The notes: generated by a model not told the origin, from the letters alone. A DNA stretch of 64,000 nt from Octopus sinensis (GCF_006345805.1 NC_043001.1:45570001-45634000), one strand, 5' to 3'; shown: positions 1 through 13,724, counted from the first letter of the stretch. Program-made: numbers and translations.

Positions 1-190
1 ATGACTGATAACAGTTGGGTAAATAAATGCCAAGCAATCCAAATTAGAGGAACCTGTTCAAAAGAAGACAATAGACTGTAAAAAGTAGACAAGGCAAGAG
101 AACAAGTGGTGAGGCAATATGTTGAAAAAGATCCATCCAAACCAGACACACAGAAAAACAGGCATAAAATGATGATTATGAGAATGATAC
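1..190 (+). mobile_element. Degenerate 3' end of an RTE-like LINE
   Basis: Frame 1 reads MTDNSWVNKCQAIQIRGTC, resembling the RTE C-terminal peptide at 37500-37694 (MDEDSCVKKCQSLTVEETFG). It ends in a GATGAT-type tail. Confidence 0.4.
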
Positions 191-564
191 ATACACAAAT
201 CTTAAAAGCATTTTTGTTGTTATTGACTTATTAACTCCAAAGTATCTTGTTAGCATAATAATATGACAAGATCATGTCATTACAAAACAATGATTATTCA
301 TTGTGACACCACTACAAGGTGAACGCAGAAGTGAAATATTGATTGTTGAACTTTAGTTTTCATTAATATATAAAGAAAGGTTTGTGTGCATCCATGAAAA
401 GAAGGAAGGGAAGAGGACAGAGAACAAAACAGAGATATCTTGACATTTTATAATTTTCTTACTCTAAAGAATATTGTCGTGAATTTTCTGAAAACAAGGA
501 TTAAAATATCTATGGATAAAAAATGGGGCCCTTTTGTGTGACAACAGGAATTTTAAAATCTTTT

Positions 565-770
565 TTATCTTTTACTCATTTCAGTCACTGGACTGCAGCC
601 GTGTTGGGGCACTGCCTTGAAGGGATTAGCCAAAAAAAATCTACTCCAGTACTTTTTTTTTTAAGCCTGGTACTTACTCTATCAATATCTTCTGCCAAAC
701 TGCTAAGTTATGGGGATATAAACAAACCAACACCAGTTGTCAAGTAGTGGTAGGACACACACACATACAC
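565..770 (-). mobile_element. tRNA-derived SINE (abundant family A), 3' half
   Basis: Shares tttcagtca.t.gactgc.gcc.tg.tggggcac..ccttgaag and aaacaaaccaacaccagttgtcaag with the copies at 28228, 32905 and 34395. Confidence 0.75.
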
Positions 771-772
771 AC

Positions 773-1004
773 ATTAATATCAATAATAATAAAGAGTATG
801 GAGATCTGTATACCCACAAAATTTATTTTATAATTATATACAGCATATTATAATGACCTACACGTGTTTCCACTGCAGCAACTACTCACTGTTGCAAATG
901 CAACCTTGCAATATTGTTGATGTAGCTTCATTAAGGTCCGTCCATTTGGTCTAAATTTTGTGGATGTACAAGTCTCCATACTCTTTATCATTATTAATAT
1001 TAAT
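773..1004. repeat. Fold-back/MITE-like element with 52-bp terminal inverted repeats
   Basis: 773-824 is the reverse complement of 953-1004, with 6 mismatches, all transitions. Confidence 0.75.
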
Positions 1005-1188
1005 ATATACTCCAGACAGATTTTATCATCCAGTGAAGAGTACATAGAATTGCTCATCAGAAGAATTCATGGAGTGTCTAACAACTAATTGTAGTCACAT
1101 ATGTTAAATACTGATCGTTGTGGTTAGCCAAAACTGGAACTTAACTGAAAGCTAATATGGTATCCACCTGGATAATTATCCCTCTAAA

Positions 1189-1233
<45 letters not shown>

Positions 1234-1394
1234 CGGGTTTCTTTCAGTTTCTATCTACCAAACTCAGTCACGAGACTTCGGTCAGCCTAAAGCTATAGCA
1301 GAAAACTGGTGCCCAAGGTGCTATGCAATGGGACTAAACCTGATACTACGTGGCAGAGAAGTCAACTTCTTACCACACTGCCATGTCTGCACCT
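1234..1394 (-). mobile_element. SINE family A, 5' (tRNA-like) half
   Basis: Reverse complement of the head ggcatggctgtgtggtaagaa...ggttcaatcccactgc seen at 21692. Confidence 0.7.
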
Positions 1395-2347
1395 CAAAAA
1401 AAATTTTTTTTAATTAAAATAAAAAGATGAAGTAGGTTTTTAAGGGATAGTTAATGATTAATATAGATTTCACAGTATTAAGAAGCTGGCAGATAACTAC
1501 CCCCTACTCCATGCAATGAAAAGATACTGTTCTAGTTCAAGTAATATTTCCATATCATCAGTTCTTTGTTCTTGACAGTTATTAGAATTATATCGACTCA
1601 AATTTTCTGCTCAGAAATGCAACAAGAGGCATGCAACTAATTTGAACTTAATCTATCAACAGATGGCTAGATCAGTATAGACACATTTAATGTGGCAACA
1701 ACAAAATCTAAACAGAAACAATAATGCAAAACACAGACTTCATTATTCTTGCCAAAGCAGTGATCCCTAAAGAAAGATGTATACAATATTGTACATATGT
1801 AATGTGATTTGAAAATTAAATTTCTAAGATTACTTGACTCAAATATACCATCAGCAAAAGAAAAAAATTAAAAGAAAAAGTTAGTGCTAACATAGTGAGC
1901 ATAATTAGAAATACTTATGTGATAAGAAAAAGAAAAATATCAGCTCAATAACAAATCATTTCAGCAAGTACTGTTTCAGTCTTACTAGATCTCAGCATAT
2001 TTGATGAAAATAGTGATGGAAGAAAACTAAATCAAGAGTAATAGAGTTGAAATGTTTTTAGTATGGCGGTTATATGTTTGAATATACCATGGAGATGAAA
2101 CATTTCTTTTATATATTTTGGGTCAACACACTGTAATTCATTTTGAGTTTTCATTAATGAGAGCTTTATTGTGCAAATAACATTTTGTTAATACTGCATA
2201 TAAACAAGGTCTTCTATTACCATAAGATTTTGCTCTGTTGATGATGTTACATTTTCTATCATACAGTCAAAGCTCACATATAAGAGAGGATAATGAAATG
2301 AATTTGCTTCTCTTAGTGTTATAAAATATAAGAGTACATTTGTTGTA

Positions 2348-2350
<3 letters not shown>

Positions 2351-2406
<56 letters not shown>
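2351..2406. repeat. (TA)n microsatellite (others at ~1192, 22034, 28421, 31356, 31795, 39197, 57084, 57365, 62616)
   Basis: Read directly from the sequence. Confidence 0.98.
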
Positions 2407-2410
<4 letters not shown>

Positions 2411-4799
2411 TCAAAATAAACAGCATTAAAGATCTATTACAGTCAGGCTGTAATGGAACTACAGTAATGTATACCTTGGTTAATATGCCCGCTCTATCAA
2501 CAAATATATGAGTGTATATTTTTTATGACTTATGGATTTCTAAAATGTATGTATGTCTTGCTGAGCTGTGGGATTTTATTATGCATTCATATATTAAATC
2601 TTTCTCTAGCTATTTAGAGTCAACTGAACAATTCATTTGATTATAACAATTGCATTTAGTTAGTTTGATTTGTTCATTTCAGAGATATTTGTAAAGCAAG
2701 TATTTGAACAATTTAGTAAGACAATTTACAGTACTTTATTAAATATTTTATCATATTTATGGAGTGAGTAGAAATGCTTAAAGATTAATTTGGAGAGTTG
2801 AGCTACTGGAGTCATAATTCCTTTCTTGAATATGGAATAATACCAAATTTCCTATTTTGACAACTGTTAATAACTTTCTTGTTTTCTTCAATATATTTTA
2901 TCTTCAAAAAATATTTGTTGGTTTGCAGAAAGTTTTGAGATTCTAAATTACGTGCTTTTGACAATATTGTTAGTTATATTTCTGAGATGATTTAATAAGT
3001 TATGGATGTATTTAAGTGACTGTTTTCATTTCTAATAGCTGCAGATCCTAGAATTCTTTAAATTAAGGGTTATGTCAGAGAAATTTGCAACAGTGATGCT
3101 ACATGTCTGGTGTAATTTCATTTATACATAAATGCACAATTTCTGTCTACTTCAAACAGAATGCACATAATAATATTTAGTTTGTAAAAAACTATACAAT
3201 AGCTAAGTGACCAAGTCGATGAGGTTCATCCTCCTATGAGAAAAAACACAATTCATGTATTTACCCCCCTAGACAATGCTCAAGGACCAGTCTACATACT
3301 TGTAAACATGTAAAAATAAGTTACACTTCACTGATCTTTGTGCTCAAATTAGCCCTGTTGTTTTAATTCAATCGTGATGACAGCAAAAGAGGATTCCATT
3401 TAATGTTGATGATCACCGATTACAATATTCTCTATTTAAATAGGATACAACCTACTGGTTTCCTTATCAGTGGTATTGCACTGTGTCCATAGCCAAGATA
3501 CTTAATATTCATTCAAGAGTCCACTTCATCTAACTGCAAATAAGTTATTGTTTATCTCTTTATCAGTCCTGATTGATCAGAGCTAATTAGTGTGCAGGTT
3601 GGTGTCCATCAGACTGCAATCTGCAAAAAGGTAGTACCACAAGGTGTTACAGCTCATTGAGGTAGGTAGCTACAGTATCATAAAACTAATGAATGTTTCG
3701 TGAACTTGCAATACTTGGAGAGGATAACTTGGAGAGGGATGAGCTCTGCCAAACTAACTTGTCTTACTTTGCATATTTAGTCCAGGTCAGCTCTGACTGA
3801 GTGGATCTATGTTCAGAAGTGTTCCAGTCATAGCTATTGGGTCCCTTTACCATACTTGTATAGCTTTCTTTTTCTAAGTTGGTAGGTATAACACGAGAGA
3901 GATTTAGTTGCTGTTTGTAGCATACAGGTTCCATGAAATCTTCAGCAGTGACTTAATAGAAGTCACCATCAGCAGTGAAAAAGTTATTTTAAGGTTAGAT
4001 ATTGCTTAGGTTGGGGCTGACAAATAGTACCTATCTAATCCTTTGCTTTAAAAAAATTATAAGATTAATGAAAGGAAGAGGATGCAAGGCATTGAATCCT
4101 CACCTTGGTAAGACCTAACAATTTACCTCTATCTTCATCATAGAAAAAGAGAACTGCCTCAGGATGGAACAGTATTCATTATTGCAATACACACCATTAG
4201 ATACACAATCTTTACATTCATTACCAATAGGTTGATTTCTGAATATCTAGATGACTGTTCAAAGGGGTATCATATTTGATTCTGAGTGATAAAGATTACT
4301 ATTAACTAGTAAACTTTTACTCATGACTCATTCATGTTCACAAGTAAAAATCTTTACAAATATGTTCATTCAGAAATTTATCCATTCAGGCATGTATAAA
4401 CAGTCACCAAAAGAGGTGCGTGTTACATTCATAACTATCTAAGCCTACTTTATAAATACAATAAGGGAACCATGTCCACATCAATGAACTTGAACACACA
4501 CACTTCTCATTTATGAATGCAATAAAATGTACCATTATTTGGTTTTGAATGAAGGTAAATTTTATAGCGTTCATATAAAATGTTTACATAGTAATTTTTA
4601 CGTGTCATATAAAAAACGAAAACTATGATTGTGACTTGGTGGGGGTTTTATTTAAAAACATGGTAAAAATAAGTAAACCCATGTCATACAGTTCTGAAAT
4701 ACAAGTCACAATATATAAGTAATTCCAAAAGACATCTATTGTTTATATATATATACATAGATATAAGGGAGTTGGGATTAAAAAATTTTACATATCATC

Positions 4800-5750
4800 T
4801 AAAAAACTGTTTTAAAGAACTTATGAAAGCAATTGATAGAGAGGATAAACCTTCAGTTTGAGACTTCTGGAAGAAGTTCAACATAATCGATGCTGCAAAC
4901 AACACAGCTAAATCATGGAACAAAGTTAAACCCTCATCTTTGAATGGTACTTGGGAAAATATATAGCCAAATTTTTTTTTTTAATTTGCAAGTTTTCCAC
5001 AAGCAGAAACTCAAAAATTTGGAATTATATTGTGACACTTGCAAATGCTATAGGGTGCGAAGAAGTCAAAGAGGATGATGTATTGAGAAAATGATATGGT
5101 TGTCCATAGAGAAAGCATATATAAGGAATGTATACTGTTAACAAAAACAAGCTGAGAACAAGGGTTAAAAGATAAAAATTCCATCAACTACACTTAAATC
5201 GACTGCAAAGTATTTTGTTAAGGGTCTGACCCTTATTGAAGAAGGTCTGCAAATATTTGCTCACAGCAACCATAATCATGAATGTAATAAAAAATTACAA
5301 AAAGTTTATAACGAGCTGTTCTTACACTGAGCTGTACAAAGAGATGATGCACCATAAAGATCAAACAATTTTGAAAAAAGTCTTTGCTCCATGGATGTTA
5401 ATGATGAACTATAAGATAGAAGATAGCGCCTTTCATCATCCCAGTAACTCTCCACTATCACCATTCCTCTCACAACGGTCAATATATTTCATTGAACAAT
5501 TTACAATATTATAATTCTTATTTATTCCAAAATATATTTCTCTTCAAATATTTTCTTATGTACACTGTGTTGTGTGTGTAAAAATTTGTTCATACATAAA
5601 AATGGTAGTTTTGCTTAATTTTGACTTCTTTTTTTCATAAAAATCTGTCAGAATGCATCATCACTTTGTAACATGAAAATCGTCAGAAAATTTATTTTAT
5701 GTCGCAGCCAATTTTCAAGAATGCATTATTCCCATAATGCATGATTCCTG
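4800..5750 (+). mobile_element. Tigger/pogo-family DNA transposon remnant (transposase C-terminal half, pseudogenised)
   Basis: Translates as DFWKKFNIIDAANNTAKSWNKVKPSSLNGTW, IVTLANAIGCEEVKEDDV and EEGLQIF...YTELYKE...QT, matching the Tigger-type post-DDD region. Contains stops and frameshifts. Confidence 0.7.
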
Positions 5751-6084
5751 TCGCAACTGTGTGACAAATGATCACATGAAATTCTGAGTAATAGTTTACG
5801 ATTTTTTTTTTTCAGCTTTTTATTAAACGATGTATGAATGTTCTCCACTTTCTGGTTGAACAACCACACAGATGATTTGTTTATAGTGATTAAATGTTTG
5901 TGTTCACATAAGCTCCACTCCCTCCATCAAACTGACATTACCTGTACAGATGCACCACATGCCACATGTTAAATGATGAAAAGATTACAGAGCAATGTGA
6001 AATGAAGTGTTTTGCTCACAATGCAATGCCTGGTCTGGGAATCAAAGCCACAAAGCTATGTACCTTCACAAAATAGTATATAAC

Positions 6085-6310
6085 ATCATTTAATGTCCAT
6101 TTTCCATGCTGGCATGGGTTGGATGGCTTGACAAGAGTTGACCAGCCAGGGAGCTGTCCAGACTTCAATTATCTGTTGTGGCATGGTTTCTTTGGCTGGA
6201 TGCCCTTCCTAATGACAACCACTTTATAGAGTGTGTTGGGTGCTTTTTACATTGCACTGGCACAAGTGCTTTTTATGTGGCACTGGCACCTGTAAAGGAC
6301 AAGCCTGTAT
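6085..6310 (-). mobile_element. RTE-like LINE 3' UTR fragment
   Basis: catcatttaatgtccattttccatgctggcatgggttggatgg and ctggatgcccttcctaatg are shared with 28528, 37950-38125 and 55352. Confidence 0.75.
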
Positions 6311-6489
6311 GTATGGATGACAACAATTTTTACTTAGCTGATGCATCTTTTCAAGTACATATACACAGGCAGACCCCATGTTTACGAATTAATTCATCCC
6401 TGACTAGATTCTCATCCATAAACAATGAATATACCTTTAATTGGTTCTCACTAAAGAAGTTGATTCTTAAACTTTCTAAAATTGAAAAA

Positions 6490-8900
6490 AAAAGGTTAAG
6501 ATAAAAATAGCCAGAAATGTGAACAGGAGCAGAGCCCTGCAAGGAGCTGCACTGCCTACGCCATTGAAGACAAGGATTTTCAAGCAGCAAGGATTTTCGA
6601 GGGACCTCTGACACTGAAGAACAAGGTGAGTTGCTACCAGCATACTCTGAAAGGGCATGCCAGGAGCCAGTTTGAAGAGGTAGAGAAGTGGATTAAGGAA
6701 AATGTCCTTATCCTGTGGAAAGAGGAGATGGTGAGCAGAGTGCTACCTCTAATGGCAGTGGTGCAGCCAACAAAGGGCAAAGTTAGACCAGTACTGGACC
6801 ATTGGGAGCTGATCAGCCATGTATCATGCCACACAGGAGGCGAGGTGGCCAACATCTGCAATGAGATGCTGCATGTATGGAGGCAGTCAACTAAGGTAGC
6901 AACAATTGTCGACTTGAAGTCAGCATATTTGCAGCTCCATGTGAGTGACAAACTGTGGCAGTACCAACTGGTGCGATACAAGGGCCAGACATATTGTCTG
7001 ATAAGGCTGGGTTTTGCACTGAATTCTGCGCCAAAGATCATGGCGACAGTGCTCAAATCCACCATGGGAAAGGTGGATAGGATAAGAAGGGCCACCAGTT
7101 CTTAAGTTCCTACATAGATGATATTCTAGTGGACGAGACTGTAGTGCCTGCCACAGAGGTTGTAAGACATCTGAAGAAATTCGGGTTGATTGCGATGCCA
7201 CCAGAGCCTATGGCTGGAAGAGCTGCACTGGGGCTTAAGCTTCAGTGAGACAGAACAGGTGAGTTGGTGTTTCGTAGAATAAGAACCCAGAGCTGGGTAC
7301 CAACATCAGCAAGAGAGAACTGTTCTCAATGTGCAGGAAGTTAGTAGGTCACTACTCAATCATGGGGTGGCTGCATACAGCATGCAGTTACACCAAGAGA
7401 CAAGCAGAAGGGAAGAACTAGAGTGACAAGATGGGAGAGGGGACAGTGGCGATGATGCAAGAAATCCTGGAGAGGACAAGAGCGGAAGACCCAGTCAGAG
7501 GGAACTGGCATGTGCCCAAATCAGATAGCACGAACATACAGTGTGATGTTAGCAGCATTGCGATAGGCGTCATGTTGGAAATTGAAGGTACTGAAGTGGA
7601 GTATGCCACCTGGATTTGAAAAGCCAATGACTACAACCACATCAATGTCACCGAGTTGGACGCAGTGCTGAAGAGAATGAATTTGTCCCTGAAATGGGGG
7701 CTGCACTCCATCAAAATGAGGACAGATTTGGCTACTGTGCTTGGCTGGGTAGGATCGGTGATCACCGACGAGAAGAGGGTGCAAACCAAAGGAGCTGCGG
7801 AATTGCTAATGAAGTGCCACCTAGGGATTCTAGGGGAGCTGATTGATGAGTTTGGCCTGAAGCTGAATGTGGTCTTTGTGCCTTCAGAGAGAAACAAGGC
7901 AGATGCTCTAACCAGAGTAAATAAAGGCCTGGTTAGGGGAACTGGAAGAATCAAAGCAAGGGGTAGCTGTGGTGTGTCAGTTAAATGACTCTGAGCTAAG
8001 GAGACAGAATGTCATGCATCATATGGGTGTGGATAGGACCCTGTATCTTGCCAGGAGGATTGACACCGATGTTACCAGATGCAGCATCCAGAAGGTGGTT
8101 GGAAACTGCAACAGGTGTCAATCCATCGACCCTGCTCCAGGTTTGCATGAGCAGGGAAACATTTCAGTAGAGCACAACTGGATACAATTAGCAGTGGATG
8201 TAACACACTACTGGCAAGGGACGTATCTCTCGATGGTTGACTGTAGGCCGGGCCAGGTGGCCATTTGGAGGGAATTGGGGACGCTGCGGACGAGATGGCA
8301 TGTATTTTAAATGAGATATTCTTAGAGCGGAGCCCTGTGGATGAATTGCTGATGGACAACAGCACAGCATTTCGTTCAGAGGCGCTGAAGGAGATGCTTG
8401 ACAGGTGGAAAATGCACCACTTTTTCAGAGCAGCATACAAGCCGAGTGGAAATGGGATCGTGGAGAGACATCATCGAATGATCAAAGCTATGGCAGAGAG
8501 GGGACATGTCTCACCGCCAGAAGAATCCATGCCACATAGGCTGAAGAATCCATGCCACATAGAGCAATATTCAAATATGAATGGCGGCATCTGAGTAAAC
8601 TATTGAGATGCCCTGTAGATGAGAGAGGGCCTGACTTCGTGGCGATGAAGTCTGGGTCAAGCCACCAAAGGCTCACTGCACAACTCAGTGGAACAGAGGA
8701 AATGTGACAGCTATCAATTCTAAAAACAACATTTCTGTGGATGGAATGCCACATCATGTCTTGGATGTTCATAGGATTGTCACTTCATCGGCTGATGATT
8801 GTGGAGAAGAGGAAGAGAATGAGGTTCCCAGTTTAAGAAGATCACAACGTGCAATGCACCCACCTGGGTGAGTGATAGACTTCAACATGGAGTGAAGTGA
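6490..8900 (+). mobile_element. Ty3/gypsy LTR retrotransposon pol remnant (RT-RNase H-integrase), disrupted
   Basis: RT: KGKVRPVLD, IVDLKSAYLQL, LGFALNSAPKIM, then YIDDILV at ~7111. RNase H: QCDVSSIAIG, NVTELDAV, RTD. Integrase: HHMGVDRT..C..CQ, AVDVTHY, MDNSTAF, GIVERHHR. The RT-RH-IN order is gypsy-like. Confidence 0.9.
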
Positions 8901-8928
8901 GGAGGTGATCTTTGAGATCAGGGGGGAA

Positions 8929-9221
8929 TGTGTGGATGAGCCAGAAGAAGAGGGCCATGATATCAATGGTCAAGGAACTGACCAGAAGAGGAAGCATAAG
9001 AGACGTGCAGGGAGACAGGACAGGGTCATCCTCTTTTGGCCGGCTCTCGGATTGGTGAAATAGCAGTTGCTTATACGGAGTGACAGGGTAGGGCAGGATT
9101 GCCAGAATGACTACAACTAGATGGGAGCAGATGAAAGAGGAAGGCAGGTAAACCTCTTTTCATTTCCCACACACGACAAATATTAAAGATGAGCTATGCA
9201 AAGAACCAGTCATGATATACA
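8929..9221 (+). repeat. Putative 3' LTR of the gypsy element, preceded by a polypurine tract
   Basis: PPT aggggggaa (8920-8928) is immediately followed by TG. A candidate CA end lies at 9220-9221. No 5' LTR was seen to confirm it. Confidence 0.55.
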
Positions 9222-9681
9222 TTTGGGTATTCAACAAATGCTCAGTAAAATTTCTCTTGAGTTCTGGTTCCAAACATGTCACAAGATGTGACTACCTTCA
9301 TTTCTGACTTGTGAAATACAAAAGACAATTTGACAGCAACCAGAAATAAGGATGGTCCTTGGGAATGTATTCACTAGATTGGACTTTCATGAACTGCGTT
9401 GGCAATTTACTCATTGTCTTCAATTCATAGTCCAATTACATCCCTTGCAACTCATGCAAAAATGTACAAAAGAGCTTGATGCATCCTGGTGATCAGGCAG
9501 AAAAAGTAATCCACCAAACCAACTTTCTTATTGCAAGTGTTGTATATTGAACTCCTAATGAACATATAACAAATGCCGCATTTTTGTTTAAATAATTAAA
9601 ATCGCCAGTCACGTGGCATGAGTTTTATGTAGACTTGTCTATTTTTTCTTATATATATTGTGATTAAAATAAATGGGGACA

Positions 9682-11301
9682 TGGGTCATGGGGCCCAGGT
9701 AACCATCATTTCATCTCTTTCATTATATAATTCAATTTTCATTCGATTTTTACCCCACTTTGTAATATCCTGTACTGTCTCCTCTTTGTTTAGTCCCTTT
9801 GTGGATAATAAAAAATCAACAGTTGATTCCATCATGTGTTACAGTCAGTTATATATTTATCATCAGAAGTCTATTGGTGTTGAATTACCATTGATTTTTG
9901 ATGCAGGTTTTCTCTTTTGAGACTACCTTTGTTGATAAACTGTTTGAGATCTGTTAGTGTTATGCGACACGTTGTTGGCCTTTACAGGCCTGTTTCCTGT
10001 TGTTTTCCCCTGTTTAGGGGCGAATTGTTCACATTTTGTGTAGGTTGAGCCTACATAGAAGACGATATGTACAAGCTCTGAAAGAGCAACAGAAACTTGG
10101 AGTACACCAGCAATTCAGGAGAAAGCACTGAAGGATATGCGGCCACTGCAAGAAGAGTTTGAAACGTTATAACAACAAGCTGGAGGCCATAAAGAAACTT
10201 CAAACAATACTTCAGGGCAGGGAACTCCTCTCAAGGAAGTAATTGAGGAAATGAAGAGGAAAACGGTGATTTCAGGACACTATCACTGAAGACTATAAAG
10301 ATAGGGATAGCATCCGTAGAAGAGATAGAGAAGGCATTGAAGCTTATGGTCAAGCTAGCTTTTGTGAGACACAGAAAGAAATATGGTACTGTGGAGGCTT
10401 AGTTTATAGTTGAGAGTGATGCCAGGGTGAACTGGCTCTTATGTCAGCAAAAGAACAACAAAAATAACAATAGAAGGGTTCACACTGGAAATTAAACCGA
10501 CATGGCTCCTGGCAGCTGCTTTCACCAACATAAAGGAGGAGCTGACACTTTGGGAGTTTGAGGAGAGAAGTGACCAGAATTGGTGTGGCAGTGACTTAAG
10601 AGCAACGATTCAAGTCACACCAGCAGACATTGACGTTAAACTGGAATTCGTCATTTAACGAAGTTAAAAGTCACCGTACAGGGCAGAATTCCAAAGTGCG
10701 TCGGGTGTGGATAGAAGGGGCACCCCAGGCCTTACAACCTGAAGCACAGGGAGAAAGTCAAGAGGCCAGTGTGCAGCAGGAGAAAGTTGAAGAGGGTGTC
10801 CCAGGGGAAGAGAAGCAGCAGGAGGAGGTGATGGTGGAGAGAGAAATGGTCACAACAAAGGATGACACACTGTTAACATCAACGTCTACAGACGTAAGTG
10901 ACGGTGAATGGAAAGTTGGTGGGAGAAAGAGAAAGAAAAGCGCTCGTTCTCTCCCTACCACAAACAAAAAAGTTAAAAACAAGAATACACAAACACGAAC
11001 ACACAAGAACAATTAACTACAGTGACAAATGAAAATTCCACAAAAACAAAAGAATTGATTAAAACCGTAATGACTTCACCAAGCAAAGAAAAAAAAGAAA
11101 ATAACTTTTTGAAAATTTATGTACGTTGTAAAAAATGTTCAGTGATGTTACCTGGGTCGTGGAACCCGGGTAACCATCATTTCATCTTTTTCATTATATA
11201 ATCATTCATTTTTCATTCGATTTATACCCCACTTTGTAATGTACTGTCCCCTCTTTGTTTAGTCCCTTCGTGGATAATAAAGAATCAACAGTTGATTCCA
11301 T
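9682..11301 (+). mobile_element. Retroelement with ~150-bp terminal direct repeats around a decayed gag/ORF1-like region
   Basis: 9682-9832 is similar to 11152-11301. Inside, VTVQGRIPKCVGCG*KGHP (~10670-10730) is a degenerate CCHC knuckle, followed by an E/K-rich linker. No RT was seen. Confidence 0.55.
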
Positions 11302-11305
11302 TGCT

Positions 11306-11670
11306 ACAGGATCACGGTTGATGTTATTACCCATTCTCATACATTACCCATCCCACAAAGTTATCAACCACCTCACCAACAACAACACTGAACACCTTTT
11401 TGATCTACATGTGTCTAACACACGTGGACATGCCTACAAAGTCAGAAAACAACACAGCTCCCATGACTTTCGGAAACATTTTTTCACGCTCAGAGTTGCT
11501 GAAGCATGGAATAAACTGCCTGCGTCAGTTGTTGACTGCCATGACACTGCATCCTTTAAGGCCCTCATGCTTTCCGAAATCCGCCGAAACTACACCTGAT
11601 TATATATACACTTTAGATGAGTTGTAGTGCACCTGAGCACTATACACAATTATTATTATTATTATTATTA
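11306..11670 (+). mobile_element. CR1-clade LINE 3' end (5'-truncated)
   Basis: NTRGHAYKV...RKHFFTLRVAEAWNKLPASVV..FK is the canonical CR1 ORF2 C-terminus. It ends in an (ATT)n tail. Confidence 0.85.
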
Positions 11671-12894
11671 TTTTTATTCTGCTTCCGCTAAGACGTGATA
11701 GAAATTGGTAGTTTACGGCTGTTTGACCCTTGTTCCTATACCAGTGCTTATGAAATAAGCAAATTACAAAACTTGACGAATTTACATGACTTGGGTCGAT
11801 AATTTATCAACGATTCCATGAAAGAATCAATATCAGAAGTTTGCGACCTCCTGGTGCACGCTCACACACAGTGAAGCTTATCTTTATAAACGCATGCCGC
11901 TTTAACATCAATTTACTAATTACTATGTACGTGTAAGCCACGAGTATTATCAAAATAGACAACTTGCTCTGCCTGATTATCAAGTACCACGAAATGTTCA
12001 ATTATCTACCTCGTGTACAGATATTAGTTAATTCAAAACAGTGATTTAAGAACCAAAGAAATTTTGCTTCAATTGCGTTTAACTTCAAGAAAAAATAACC
12101 AAACTCCAAAAATGAATGAAAACTAAAATTATTTTTTTCTTCGGTCTAACAGTAAAAATTGAAACAATAAACTGATATTTCAAATTGTTGTAGAATATTT
12201 AAGATCTATATATGAAAGAAAATATAATTATTTACTTGACTTTAATTTCATAGCTATACGTTTTTATGAGTACATCAGCATGCGTGTGTCTAAGTTTTTT
12301 CTTTATAGAAGAAGATTAAGGGTTGGAAAAAAAATTAATTTTACTGGTAAACGTAGTAATCAATTATTTTCTTAAAATGTTGACAAATATAATTCATTTG
12401 GGCAAATAATGTTATAAAATATTACTTTTAAAATGGATCCCTACTATTTAAACATTTTTGAAGTCTTGATTTGGTAAATTCTTAAGGTGCTTCATTTTTT
12501 AAAATAATTTCGATATCTTGACAGATTATTTCATTCTTTAAAAGTGTGCTATAAGGGATTCAACATGATTAGCTTTTTGACCAAGCACAAGGCATTATAT
12601 TCATTCATACGAGTTACAATCGATTGAATTAAGGTAAGTACCTATAAGGTATGTACTTAATTAATCTGCGAAAGATAGTGGAGTGATGTAACCAAATATT
12701 CACCTTTAACTCTGGTACACAAGAGAACAAGCTATTTTATTAACCTTAGTACTTGATTTCATTTTTATTGACCTCATAAGAATAAGTTAAAAACTACGTC
12801 GACGGGATTTGAACTAGAGACATAACGAAACACCTCCAAGAATTTTTACCCGATGCCATACCGATTTTGACACACCACGGCCAGCATGAAGTTA

Positions 12895-13050
12895 GGGAAC
12901 TTTCGGAGTAGCTATCCCACATAAGTCAGGTTTTTCGGGGAATGAGAAGATTCTAAGACTTTTTGAAATACGCGACATTAAAAAAATTTAGGAAATCCTG
13001 TGGGGAGGGGATAGATAAACTTTGACTTATGTAGGACAACTGAAAGTCCA
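12895..13050. mobile_element. Small MITE-like element with imperfect TIRs
   Basis: cccacataagtca (~12917) and tgacttatgtagg (~13023) are near reverse complements. Confidence 0.35.
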
Positions 13051-13724
13051 CCAATACAGGTATTGATTTCTTTTGGATAGGCACAAACCTTCAGGTTTCT
13101 AAGGGTAGAAAAACAAAATGCTATGACTTACATTCATCCTTTTCCAAAATAGGTCTTAACAACGTGAAATGAAAGGGAATGAATACCGGAGTATTCATAC
13201 ATTTATCATTTTAGTTCTGCTTGCCTCACTTTCCCCCTATAAATATATATATATATATGAGAAAGAGAGGGGCTTATGTTTACGGGGTATATCTCTTCTC
13301 TCTTATGATAAAAGGCAGATTTTCTCTGCCTGTTCCCATGTTCCTTTTTAATACAATTCTACAATATAGAATTTCTTCAATTAGAATTTACCTATGATTT
13401 TTCGAAGTAAATTCGATTCGGTCATGGCATATAAATTTCTTTCAATTTGACCCCCAATTACGCAAAAATTTGAAAAAACTCATTATTTTACGATTTCCCC
13501 TCTCACTTCAAAGGCTTTACTCCGCCTATTAGCACACTTTCTCTTTACACACATAGACACGCAAACATATACATATATGACAGGGTGAATTGTTGAAAGA
13601 AAATTGTAAGCTAAGAAGGTGTGTGTGAGAGAGAGTGTGTGTGTGTGTGTATAGGAAGTGAGGGATAAAAATATGGCAAGAAGTGGACATATATACATAC
13701 ATCCATACATACATGTGTATGTTA

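Noticed and set aside
2683-2990. Possible + strand exons (EIFVKQVFEQF...; KSFEILNYVLL...)
   Set aside because: Splice sites are plausible, but they could not be chained consistently upstream and show no homology.
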